A stretch of DNA of 64,000 nucleotides from Squalus acanthias (Eukaryota), in contig JASTWF010000347.1 in the NCBI GenBank assembly GCA_030390025.1, positions 186,001-250,000 on the forward strand, read 5' to 3'. Below the pieces are notes generated by a model. It made no database searches and was not told the DNA's origin. It saw only the letters and a program-made list of their open reading frames with translations. Of this stretch, positions 45,472 through 56,807 are shown piece by piece (position 1 is the first letter of the stretch; the number at the start of each line of letters is the position of its first letter). A program made the position numbers and the translations under genes.

Positions 45472-46448
45472 CTGCAAATGGTGTTTACAACAGGATTGAA
45501 ATTCAGAACAGAAAATCTAGTTTCTACAGAACATTCTGTATCTTCCTGTCCCTCCTAAGCTGTAAATTCCCTATTCTCCACACTCTCCCTCCATCCTCAC
45601 TGTCTGAAAACAACGTTCATTACACCGTCTGGGATTTTGTTTTCCCACTTCTCTTCCGAAGGTGCTGAATCTGGCTGGGTGCAATTCCATAGCCATTAAA
45701 AAACCTCTAGGGCCTCACCGTCACCTGACACAGTGAGTGTCAGCAGGGTTTCCACTGTGGTCGGCATCACAGCCGAGTCCAATCCTGCCCTCAATTGACA
45801 TTCATACGCTTCCCAGCTCATGTCACTGGATCACCATCAAGAGCAGGGGCACTGGCTGATTTTTACTTTTATTTAGCCCAGTGGAACTGAGGTCAATTAT
45901 AGCCCCTGAACTGCTGCCTTGGCTAAGATCAACAAACAGCACAGATCAAGGGTTGAACTTGGGACTTTCCCAGTCAGTAGTGCAGAGTGTTTTAAAGTTG
46001 GGGAGGGGGGAGCGGGGAAGGGTTAGAACAGAATATTTTGAAAGAAATATCACTCCACCTTTGGTACATTTCAAAATTCTAAAGTCTTTCAAAATTAAAC
46101 AAGCAAGTTAAATGGATCTTCAAAAATAGTGAGGCATTTTAGAAAGTCTCAAGTCACTAAAATAGACAGGTTTACAATCACTGCACTGAGTACAGAAGGG
46201 AGTGATTGTTGACAGGAGCTCTGTTAGTGAAGTCCTCCAACATGCCAAGATAAACGAGACTGTCCCTTTAACTATAAATATGCAACGAAAAGGGGTCACT
46301 GTCACTTTAAATAAATGCCCCATTCCCCCAGGCAGTGGGAGGAGCAACAGCGTGCGGTCTCTTTATAACCTGACCCAGCAGGCCTCATGCGGGAACCCTC
46401 TCTATGTGGGGGCGTGGTCTCAGGAACCAGCTCTGTGGGGACAGCTTA

Positions 46449-46584
46449 TACTGAGGCACCAAATCCAGGGACCACTTACATTGTGACCCCAAATCCAGGG
46501 ACCACTTACATTGTGACCCCAAATCCAGGGACCACTTACATTGTGACCCCAAATCCAGGGACCACTTACATTGTGACACCAAAT
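46449..46584. repeat. 30-bp minisatellite, about 4 copies, same family as 13273-13995
   Basis: ccaaatccagggaccacttacattgtgacc. Confidence 0.9.
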
Positions 46585-47529
46585 GAAAAAGGCCGTGTCC
46601 AGTGACAATGGCATAGCCAATAGTTTGTAAGACGTGACTTTCTTTTCCGGAAGCCATGTTGAGAATCTCTAATGGCCCCTTCCCTTTCCCCAGTGATCAT
46701 AAACAGCATCTCTCAGGATGCCTTCAACCATCTTCTCTGTGATTGAGGTCACGCTGATGGGGTTGTAGTTCCCTGGCTCTGATTTGCCCCCGATTTGGAA
46801 AATGGGAACTACGTGAGCTATCTTCCAATCTCAGGGAACAATCCCTGACTCTATAGAACTGTTGAAGACATGGGCAAGGGGCTCACAGAGCAACGTCCCA
46901 TCTCTATAAACACCCTTCAGCAGGGTCAGTGTGGAGTTCCGCAGTGGGAGTGATCCCAGAGTAACTGTCGGGATCGCACCCCCATGGATGTACCAGGTCG
47001 TGTATTTTTAGTTATCCTGGTGTCTAACACACACACACATCAATAAAACAGGGAATTCTTGGAAACACGCTGCAGGTCCTTCTTTATCTGGAGATCAAAT
47101 GTCTGTTGTATAATTGTACCAGCAGTTAACAGGCTCCTGTGAACTCCTCCCTCTGCTATTTTAATATGGACTTTAACCAATTTATTTTAAACGGGTTTAT
47201 TTTAAATGTGTTATTGCCTGCCTTAAAATGGTAGACTCAGGACTGTCAGACAAACACGTTAAATCTTCATAGAATAATTACCACAGTCATTTTTAGACTG
47301 GAAACTTAAACCTGTTTCACTTTCAGTCAGGAACAGATCACAGTTTTACACCAATCTCTGATTTGACATCACGTTTCCAGCATTCACCGTTGTTCTTCCT
47401 GACTCTAAACACAGTTGTAAAGGAGCCTTCTGTTCCGTGCCTAGGAGCTCTGAACCATGGAAGAGAGCGGCTGGGACACATTTCTTACAGGCCTCAAGAT
47501 TAACCCACACAGGGACTTTGCTGTTAGTG

Positions 47530-47763
47530 AAGAGAGACGAGAAAGACCAAAGTGCCGTTTGCCCCTCTCAGTGTGGCTCTGAAGGACTGTGTCCAGGCTG
47601 AAGTTCTGTTCCCGCCGTACGATCCTCCCCCAGATTGTCCTTTCTGAGCTCCAGCCAGGTGATGCTAAACACTGAGGTGGGAAAGACAAAAATCTACAAC
47701 AATGTGTTTAAAAAAAGCTGATTTATTTGACATATATCCAGAATAATAAACTCCAGCCCAGTT
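47530..47763 (-). other. Orphan ZNF 3'-UTR end and downstream flank, matching 16935-17165
   Basis: Near-identical to the ZNF3 polyA region and flank, cut off by a Penelope-like repeat. Confidence 0.7.
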
Positions 47764-47775
47764 GCAGATGACCCC

Positions 47776-47906
47776 AATTCTGACGAAAGGTCATCAACCT
47801 GAAACGTTAACTCTGTTTCTGACTCCACAGATGCTGCCTGACCTGCTGAGTATTTCCAGCATTTTCTGTTTTTATTTCAGATTTCCAGCATCCGCAGTAT
47901 TTTGCT
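47776..47906 (+). mobile_element. Penelope-like terminal repeat with hammerhead-like motif
   Basis: CTGACGA 47780-47786, GAAA 47801-47804. Confidence 0.68.
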
Positions 47907-47919
47907 GTTGTATCCGATC

Positions 47920-48130
47920 TTTTACGTCGAATTTAGACGGCAGATGGGGCCTCACTTGAACGTCTCGTCCGAAAGACGGCACCTCTGTCAGTGCAGCGCT
48001 CCCTCAGTACTGCATTGGAGCGTCAGCCTAGATTGTGTTCTCAAGTCTCTGGAGGTGGACTTGAACCCACAACCTCCTGACTCAGAGACGAGAGAGAGAG
48101 AGAGAGCTCCCACTGAGCCACGACTAACAC
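47920..48130 (-). mobile_element. tRNA/Deu SINE, 5' half
   Basis: Homologous to 2180-2385. Confidence 0.72.
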
Positions 48131-48260
48131 CCGATCATTACTCTAGATTATTTCAGTTCTCATATGTTCAGTTACTCTCATGGACAAGTCCCAGCTCGCC
48201 ATACCATCCAGGGTGCCTGCCCTAGCCTTGGTATCCAGGGGAGGTATCGGTAACACGCCC

Positions 48261-48500
48261 CTGTACCTGCCCTGGGAGTGTTTGATGGGACAGTGTAGAG
48301 GGAGCTTTACTCTGTATCTAACCCGTGCTGTACCTGTCCTGGGAGTGTTTGATGGTACAGTGCAGAGGGAGCTTTACTCTGTATCTAACCCGTGCTGTAC
48401 CTGTCCTGGGAGTGTTTGATGGTACAGTGTAGAGGGAGCTTTACTCTGTATCTAACCTGTGCTGTACCTGCCCTGGGAGTGTTTGATGGGACAGTGTAGA
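48261..48500. repeat. 67-bp tandem repeat, about 3.6 copies
   Basis: ctgtacctgccctgggagtgtttgatgggacagtgtagagggagctttactctgtatctaacccgtg. Confidence 0.92.
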
Positions 48501-48779
48501 TCAGGGGTTCTCTGAGGCCCCTCCTGTGTTATAACAATTCCCCGGACCCCCTGTAACACAACACAAGTATTCATTGTCTGTAAACGCTTTGGGACATCCT
48601 GAGATCACAGAAGCCTCTCTATAAATGCAAGTCTTTCCATTTCAAATCACTGTGCTTTATTTTTTGCAATAAATAGTTATTTGACGATTAAGTGCGGTAA
48701 TAGTATGTTTGAAACTCCCTCCTCCCTGATTCTCCAATACAAGAGGCCCAGTGACCTCACAAGCTTCCTTGTGGCCGCC

Positions 48780-49470
48780 TTCCTTCCAGCCCACGTGATC
48801 TGCTCACCTGAGCAAAGCCCAGCTCCCAGGCGGAGGCGGGGAGTGCACTGATTGGCCCGTTATGGCCCCGCCCACCCCCGCATCCACCAATCGGAGAGTG
48901 AGCAGGGTGCAATGGGCGTGGCTAACCTTTGATTGACAGTTTGAGCTCCCGCTCGCGGCGCTTTGAATTTCGCCCCAACAATGGACGGCGGGTGGAGGCG
49001 GGACTTGGGCCAAGCGGATTGGCTGCTGGCCTTTGATTGACGTTTGACGGGACCAATCCCCGGGGCGGCGGGCTGTCCTGCTCAGTGGCGCCGCCTGGTG
49101 TGAGGGCGAGCGGCGGCTGCAGCTGCGGGTCCCGCAAACTGCGCCTGCTGACTGCTCCTGTTCCAGTGGGAGAAGGTGTTCAACGGGCTGGGCTCCTGGA
49201 ATTGGGAATGGCCCCGCCCTCCAATAAACCCCAGCCTGGATTTGGAGGGGGGAAGGGGGAAGATGGGGGCAACAGGCTGGATGGAGATGATGGGAATCTG
49301 GATCAAGCGAATTGGCAGCGAGCGAGGGGCGGCTTCCGCAGCCTTCGCCCCATCGCGCCCCACATCGCTTCCCCCGCGGCTGCTCTCAATGGGAACTGAG
49401 CCGGCGCCCGGTGTGAGGGCTGCTTGTGAGAGAAAGAATGAAAGAGGGAGAGTTTCTGGGCCGACCCCTT
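48780..49470. promoter_or_regulatory. CpG island with several CCAAT and GC boxes; target gene not identified
   Basis: Repeated attgg/ccaat and gggcgg motifs, E-box cacgtg, high CpG density. Confidence 0.5.
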
Positions 49471-49514
49471 GAAACCTTCTCACGGACCCCGGTGGAGACC
49501 CTCTGATCGACAAG

Positions 49515-49862
49515 AGGCGCTGCAGCAACTCGCCAAGGATTCTTCGGCAGCACCTCCCAAACCCGCCACCTCCACCACCTCGAAGGACGAGGGCAGCAGG
49601 CGCAGGGGAACACCACCACGTCCAAGCTCCCCTCCAAGTCACACACCATCCCGACATGGAAATATATCGCCGATCCTTCATCGTCACTGGGTCAAAATCC
49701 TGGAACTCCCTCTCTACAGCTCTGTGGGAGCACCTTCACCACACGGACTGCAGCGGTTCAAGAAGGCGGTTCACCACCACCTTCTCAAGGGCAACTCGGG
49801 ATGGGCAATAAATGCTGGCCTTGCCAGTGACGCTCACATCCCTTGAATGAATTTTTTTTTAA
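49515..49862 (+). mobile_element. Second-lineage LINE 3' end
   Basis: Matches 24560-24905; gggcaataaatgctggccttgccagtgacgc tail. Confidence 0.8.
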
Positions 49863-49984
49863 ATTCCTACCAGTCGTTAATATAGGAATAAGACTATTTA
49901 ATATATATATAAATCCGTAAGTACATAAACATATATACATAAATATACATACAAAAAATACATTTTGTCCAACTTTGATTAGTT

Positions 49985-50238
49985 TGTCTGATAAAAACCA
50001 ACCCCACAGTCACTGACACCAATCTCCTCCTGTCTGATATAAACCAACCCCACAGTCACTGACACCAATCTCCTCCTGTCTGATATAAACCAACCCCACA
50101 GTCACTGACACCAATCTCCTCCTGTCTGATATAAACCAACCCCACAGTCACGGACACCAATCTCCTCCTGTCTGATATAAACCAACCCCACAGTCACTGA
50201 CACCAATCTCCTCCTGTCTGATATAAACCAATCCCACA
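49985..50238. repeat. 46-bp minisatellite, about 5.5 copies, in ZNF8 3' flank
   Basis: Reverse complement of the 32585 unit. Confidence 0.93.
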
Positions 50239-50759
50239 GGCCCAGAAAGATTAAACTCAGCCCGTTACTTCGATTGGACTTGTCTCCATTCCCGTGCCGA
50301 GGGGATTGCTGTACCAGACGGGAGGGGCAACATTTGGGGACTCTCGATTCTCCACCAATTCCCATTCCCCTTCTTTCTGGTGGATAATGGAGGTGCCACT
50401 GTGTGTAATGTGCAAGTCAGTAAGAATTGTCCGCAAGGATTAATCAGCACTTTCTAATTGGAGATGTTAATCAGCGGAACCTTTCAGACACTGAATTGTA
50501 CCAAAGATCAATATAGGATTGAAGTAAAATGTACGATTTTATTGTGAACTAATTTCTGATGAGAGTGCCTGAATTAAGCGGAAAGATCAGAGACCGCAGT
50601 CCCGAGAACACAATCAGCTATATATCCAGAATATTAATCTCCAGCCCAGTTATAGGGTTATTAACATAAGCAGAAACAAACCCCAATTGTCAGAATAAAC
50701 ATGGTTCAGTCCTGGATGTGATTAACAGCAGGAAAAGCAGCAGAATCCAACCCCTGCAG

Positions 50760-51014
50760 TCACTTGTGAACTCGCTGGTGTCTCAGCAGGCTGGATGACC
50801 GAGTGAATCCCTTCCCACACACGGGGCAGGTGAACGGCCTCTCCCCAGTGTGAACTCGCTGGTGTGTCAGCAGGTGGGATGACTGAGTGAATCCCTTCCC
50901 ACACACGGGGCAGGTAAACGGCCTCTCCCCAGTGTGAACTCGCTGGTGATTTTCCAGTTGGGATGGGAAACTGAATCCCTTCCCACAGTCCCCACATTTC
51001 CATGGTTTCTCCGT
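50760..51014 (-). CDS. ZNF8: short C2H2 array, 3 fingers from ACG 51014 (5 if read from just after the leader TGA); no in-frame ATG
   Basis: ORF 50760..51179 begins at GTG; leader TGA at 51210-51212; ends HQRVHK* with conserved 3' UTR. Confidence 0.55.
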   Translation of the reverse strand, partial: TEKPWKCGDCGKGFSFPSQLENHQRVHTGERPFTCPVCGKGFTQSSHLLTHQRVHTGERPFTCPVCGKGFTRSSSLLRHQRVHK

Positions 51015-51439
51015 GGTGTGGGTGTCCTTGTGTCTCTCCAGGTTGGACGATCGGTTGAAGCCTCGTCCACACACAGAACACGTGTACGGTTTCTCCCCGC
51101 TGTGAACGGTGCGATGTTTTTTCAGGCTGTGCAACTGGTTAAAGCTCTTTCCACAGTCAGTGCACTGGAACACTCTCACTCGGGTGTGTGTGTCTCGGTG
51201 CTTTTCCAGTCACACTGATGTTTGAAATCATTTCCCACAGACAGAACAGACAAACATTTCTCCTTCCACATTCAAAGGCCGATGATATTCAGGTCCTGAT
51301 GAATGGAGTGACTCTGTCAGATCTTGATGTGATGTTTGGTTTGAGTTTGCGGTGTGTAAATGCTGCCCTTCTCACAGCCTGTAAAAGGAGTTTCCAAAAG
51401 CCATGACTGTGAGTCCAGGATAGAAATTGACAAGATTCT

Positions 51440-51900
51440 CTCCTCCTGGTTCCTGGCCAAGGGGGCCGCGCATGCGCCCTGCTGCCCCCTGAGCCTGTCA
51501 AGATGGCGGCCGTTAACCCGGGCCTGTCACCGGGAGAAAGCCCCGCAGCTGCCGCCCCACTCGGGGCAAACGGCCGGCCCGGAGGCTCTTGTTCGGGGCC
51601 TGAGGCCCACCCCGGGTGTTTGTGAAGCGGATAATGTGGAGTGTTTTAATAATGGGGCCTGGGGCCGCACTCGGGGTGTGTGCAGCCCGCGTCCCCCCGG
51701 GGTTTATTAACCCGCTCCCTCCACCCATCTCTCACCTGCTGCCTCACCCACAGTCGCCACCACCGCCCGCGCATGCTCAGCTCACACTGCCCGGGTGATT
51801 GACGGGAGCTCCGGACCAATAGGAAGAGTGGGGCGGGACTGGAGGACCGAGCGGGCGGTCGGTCCTCCAATGAATCGGAGTGTGTGAGGGGCGGGGCTTG
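51440..51900 (-). promoter_or_regulatory. Type-A promoter of ZNF8, one arm plus core; distal arm missing
   Basis: Near-identical to 53885-54330 with a variant arm segment. Confidence 0.68.
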
Positions 51901-51934
51901 CGGCCCCCTGGGTCATGGAGGCCACCATTAAACC

Positions 51935-52632
51935 ATCACAAACACTCTCAGCGCAGGCAGCTGGTGAGAGAACCAACACATGGGAATAACCTACTTGACC
52001 TCGTCCTCAGCAATCTACCTGTCGCAGATTCGTCTGTTTATGACAGTATTGGTCGGTGTGACCACTGCACAGTCCTTGTGGAGACCAAATACTGTCTACA
52101 CACTGAGGACCCCCACCATCGTATCGTGTGGCACTACCACCGTGCTAAGTGGGATAGATTAAGAACAGATCTAGCAGCTCAAAACTGGGTGTCCATGAGG
52201 CCCTGTGGGCCCACAGCAGTAGCTGAATTGTATTCCACCAAAATCTGTAAACTCGTGGCCCTCATTCCTCCATCACCATCAAGGCAGACAAGCAGCCCTG
52301 GTCAATGAGGAGTGTAGAAGATTCAACCCGGCCAATCACCGTCCTGTCAGCCTACTCTCAATCATCAAAGTGATGGAAAGAATCATCAAGCAGCACCTAG
52401 TAACCAATAAGGGGTGGAAGTGATGTTACAGCTGTACAGAGCTCTGGTTAGACCCGATCTGGAGCACTGGATTCAGATCTGGGCACGGCCCCTCTGGAAG
52501 GATATATTGACCTTGGAGAGGGTGCAGCGCAGATTCACCAGAATGATCCCCGGGCTAAAAGGTTAAAATTATGAGCACAGTTTGCATGGACTCAGCTTGT
52601 ATTCCACTGAAGATCGAAGATTAAGCGGTGAT
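51935..52632 (+). mobile_element. Decayed LINE fragments (second lineage to about 52410, then CR1)
   Basis: REPTHGNNLLDLVL, WHYHRAKWDRL; LERVQRRFTRMIPG. Confidence 0.7.
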
Positions 52633-52857
52633 CCAAACTAGGTTCACTTTAAGACAGTTCGGCGAGTCAGACGTTATTCACCTCTCGATCTATGCTGGCA
52701 GGTAAAACCCCAGACGGTTTATCCAGAATAATAAGAACCCCTGTAACTGGGCTGGAGTTTAAGATCAGCAGAAATGAAACCCAACTGTCAGAATGAACAT
52801 GGTTCAGTCCTGGATGTGATTAACAGCAGCAATAACAGCAGAATCCAACCCCTGCAG

Positions 52858-53448
52858 TCACTTGTGAACTCGCTGGTGTTTTAGCTGGTCGGATGAACGG
52901 GTGAATCTCTTCCCACACACGGAGCAGGTGAACGGCCTCTCCCCAGTGTGAGTGCGTTGGTGTGTCAGCAGATCCTTTGTGGTTTTAAAGGTCATCTCAC
53001 AGACAGAACAATTAAAAGGTCTCTCGTCACTGTGAACAAGTCGGTGTCTCAGCAGGTTGGATGACCAAGAGAATCTCTTCCCACACACGGAGCAGGTGAA
53101 CGGCCTCTCCCCAGAGTGAGTGCGTTGGTGTGTCAGCAGATCATTTTTGCTTTTATACTTGTTCTCACAGTCAGAACACTGAAAAGGTCTCTTATCAGTG
53201 TGAACAAGTTGGTGTGTCTGGAACTTGGACAACTCTGCGAATCCCTTCTCACATAGGGAGCAGCTGAACGGCCTCTCCCCGGTGTGAATTCGCTGGTGTG
53301 TAACAAGGCCGGATGATTTCGTGAATCCCTTCCCACACACAGAGCAAGTGAACGGTCTCTCTCCGGTGTGACTGTAAGAATGAGTTTCCAGCTGGGACGG
53401 GGAGCTGAATCCCTTCCCACAGTCTCCACACTTCCACGGTTTCTCCAT
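52858..53448 (-). CDS. ZNF9: C2H2 zinc-finger protein, 7 fingers (MEKPW class)
   Basis: accATGg; intact 196-aa ORF; leader TGAs at 53644-53646 and 53485-53487; acceptor at 53813-53814. Confidence 0.88.
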   Translation of the reverse strand: MEKPWKCGDCGKGFSSPSQLETHSYSHTGERPFTCSVCGKGFTKSSGLVTHQRIHTGERPFSCSLCEKGFAELSKFQTHQLVHTDKRPFQCSDCENKYKSKNDLLTHQRTHSGERPFTCSVCGKRFSWSSNLLRHRLVHSDERPFNCSVCEMTFKTTKDLLTHQRTHTGERPFTCSVCGKRFTRSSDQLKHQRVHK

Positions 53449-53884
53449 GGTGCGGGTGTCCTTGTGTCTCTCCAGGTTGGACGATCAGTTGAAGCCTCGT
53501 CCACACACAGAACACGTGTACGGTTTCTCCCCGCTGTGAACGGTGCGATGTTTTTTCAGGCTGTGTAACTGGTTAAAGCTCTTTCCACAGTCAGTGCACT
53601 GGAACACTCTCACTCGGGTGTGTGTGTCTCGGTGCTTTTCCAGTCACACTGATGTTTGAAATCTTTTCCCACAGACAGAACAGACAAACATTTCTCCTTC
53701 CACATTCAGAGGCCGATGATATTCAGGTCCTGATGAATGGAGTGACTCTGTCAGATCTTGATGTGATGTTTGGTTTGAGTTTGCGGTGTGTAAATGCTGC
53801 CCTTCTCACAGCCTGTAAAAGGAGTTTCCAAAAGCCATGACTGTGAGTCCAGGATAGAAATTGACAAGATTCTCTCCTCCTGGT

Positions 53885-54491
53885 TCCTGGCCAAGGGGGC
53901 CGCGCATGCGCCCTGCTGCCCCCTGAGCCTGTCAAGATGGCGGCCGTTAACCCGGGCCTGTCACCGGGAGAAAGCCCCGCAGCTGCCGCCCCGCTCGGGG
54001 CAAACGCCCGGCCCGGAGGCTCTTGTTCGGGGCCTGAGGCCCACCCCGGGTGTTTGTGAAGCGGATAATGTGGAGTGTTTTAATAATGGGGCCTGGGGCC
54101 GCACTCGGGGTGTGTGCAGCCCGCGTCCCCCCGGGGTTTATTAACCCGCTCCCTGAGCTCTCTCACCTGATGTGTCAGCGGCTGCTGCCAAGGTCCGCGC
54201 ATGCTCAGCTCACACTGCCCGGGTGATTGACGGGAGCTCCGGACCAATAGGAAGAGCGGGGCGGGACTGGAGGACCGAGCGGGCGGCGGGTCCTCCAAGC
54301 AATCGGAGTGTGTGAGGGGCGGGGCTTGACCTTTAAACCTGAACAACAGAAGGTGAGCTGAGCATGCGCGGACCTTGGCAGCAGCCGCTGACACATCAGG
54401 TGAGAGAGCTCAGGGAGCGGGTTAATAAACCCCGGGGGGACGCGGGCTGCACACACCCCGAGTGCGGCCCCAGGCCCCATTATTAAAACAC
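53885..54491. promoter_or_regulatory. Type-A palindromic promoter between head-to-head ZNF9 and ZNF10
   Basis: Inverted arms 54061-54213 and 54353-54491; donor-like sites at 54165-54166 (minus) and 54400-54401 (plus). Confidence 0.72.
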
Positions 54492-55673
54492 CCAGGGTTC
54501 CAGGGTTGGAATCCCCATGTACAGTCCCAGGGCTGGAATCCGGCACCCGGAAGTGGAATTTCAGCCTCAGTGTTCCAAGTTTCATCGGTTACAGGCTGGA
54601 GAGAGGAATCATTCAAACTGACCCAGAGCTGTGTGATTGGTTCAGTCTGTGTATCACTGACGGGCCCTTTTAAATTTGAGTGGTCAGGTATTCAAATTCC
54701 CAGTAATCTAATCCTGGATATGAAAGAGGGGAGAGCTGTGTTTAAATCAAAGAGTCTCCTTGGAGATTCTCTGAGTGAAGGACCTGGTCAGCTTGAAACA
54801 GCTGAAAAATCGGTTGAAAATGTCCAATTCGCAGTTTTTGACCAATATCGACTCCCACAGGGATGGGGAATTCTAGAATAAGGAAGGAACTGGTCAGGAT
54901 TTGAAAGGTATTCAGAAAGGATTCGAGGGACTCTCCCATTTGGGATCTTTCTTTATTTTGACCACTTGAGGAGTTCGATAACAGGCTTCCTCCTGTGAAT
55001 GTAGAGCTGGATTAGTGGGCTGTGACGGGTTTACTTGTTCATCTTTTGTTAAATACATTTGGTGAGTGAATTTAAATTTAAAACTAGGTTTGCAGGCGTG
55101 ATGCTCTATTCACACATTAAAAGTGAGTGAGATGCTGTGGGACACATGCTAAGTCCAGTCGCTGAAAATGATTAACAGCCTGGGTTTTGTGTTTAGTGAT
55201 CACCATGTACAGTCCCAGGGTTAGAATCCCCACGTGTGAAGGAACATTGTATAGAAACTAGAATTGTCTGTTCTGAATTTCTATCCTGTACTTACAGTGA
55301 TGACTTTTGTAAACTCCTTTTACAGGGTATTAGAAGGGGAGGATTTGCAGACAGGAAACTCAAACCAAACATCACATCAAGATCTGACAGAGTCACTCCA
55401 TTCATCAGGACCTGAATATCATCGACCTCTGAATGTGGAGGAGAAATGTTTGTCTGTTCTGTCTGTGGGCAAAGATTTCAAACATCAGTGTGACTGGAAA
55501 AGCACCGAGACACACACACCCGAGTGAGAGTGTTCCAGTGCACTGACTGTGGAAAGAGCTTTAACCAGTTACACAGCCTGAAAAAACATCGCACCATTCA
55601 CAGTGGGGAGAAACCGTACACGTGTTCTGTGTGTGGACGAGGCTTCAACTGATCGTCCAACCTGGAGAGACAG

Positions 55674-56447
55674 ATGGACACCCGCACCACGGAGAAACCG
55701 TGGAAATGTGGGGACTGTGGGAAGGGATTCAAATACCCATCCCAGCTAGAAACTCATCGCTACAGTCACACCGGGGAGAGGCCGTTCACCTGCTCCGTGT
55801 GTGGGAAGGGATTCAATTACCAAGCCCTGCTGGAAACTCATCGCTACAGTCACACCGGGGAGAGGCCATTCATCTGCTCCGTGTGTGGGAAGGGATTCAC
55901 TCAGTCATCCAACCTGCTGGCTCACCAGCGAGTTCACACTGGGGAGAGGCCTTTCACCTGCTGCGTGTGTGGGAAGGGATTCACTAATTCAGCCCACCAT
56001 CTGAGACACCAGCGAGTTCACACTGACGAGAGACCTTTTAAATGCTCCGACTGTGCAAATTGCTTTAAAAGTTCTGAGGAACTGATTCACCACCAGCGAG
56101 TTCACACTGATGAGAAACCATTCACTTGCTCTCACTGTGGGAAGAGGTTCAGGAGTTCATCCAATCTCATTGTACACCAGCGCACTCACACTAGGGAGAG
56201 GCCGTTCACCTGCTCCATGTGTGGGAAGGGCTTCATTAAATCAACAAACCTGCTGACACACCAGCAAGTTCACACTGGGGAGAGGCCGTTCACCTGCTCC
56301 GTGTGTGGGAAGCGATTCACTAATTCCTCCCACCTGCTGACACACCAGCGAGTTCACACTGGGGAGAGGCCGTTCACCTGCTCAGTGTGTGGGAAGGGAT
56401 TCACTCAGTCATCCAACCTGCTGAGACACCAGCGAGTTCACAGGTGA
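55674..56447 (+). CDS. ZNF10: C2H2 zinc-finger protein, 9 fingers
   Basis: Intact 257-aa [13 protein letters not shown]...HQRVHR*; acceptor at 55325; leader has a frameshift and TGAs at 55491 and 55650; conserved 3' UTR. Confidence 0.87.
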   Translation: MDTRTTEKPWKCGDCGKGFKYPSQLETHRYSHTGERPFTCSVCGKGFNYQALLETHRYSHTGERPFICSVCGKGFTQSSNLLAHQRVHTGERPFTCCVCGKGFTNSAHHLRHQRVHTDERPFKCSDCANCFKSSEELIHHQRVHTDEKPFTCSHCGKRFRSSSNLIVHQRTHTRERPFTCSMCGKGFIKSTNLLTHQQVHTGERPFTCSVCGKRFTNSSHLLTHQRVHTGERPFTCSVCGKGFTQSSNLLRHQRVHR

Positions 56448-56807
56448 CTGCAGGGGTTGGATTCTGATGTTGCTGCTGTTAATCACATCCAGGACTGAAC
56501 CATGTTCATTCTGACAGTTGGGGTTTGTTTCTGCTGATGTTAATAACCCTATAATTGGCTGGAGTTTAATATTCTGGATATATAGCTGATTGACTTGTTG
56601 GGGCTGCAGTGTCCCTTTTAAGAACCGCTGTCTGTGACCTTTCCCCTTAATTCAGGACTTTCATCAGAAATTATTTGACAATAAAATTATGAATTTTACT
56701 TTAACCCTAAATTGACCTTTGGTACAAAATCTACAATTTATTGTCTGAAAAGTTCCACTGATTAACATCTCCGATTAGAAAGTGCTGATTAATCCTCGCT
56801 GACAATT

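Noticed and set aside
2945..56600. ZNF cassettes as autonomous transposons or retrocopies
   Set aside because: No transposase or RT within cassettes, no TSDs or poly(A) tails; promoters, acceptors and post-polyA flanks are co-duplicated, indicating DNA-level duplication
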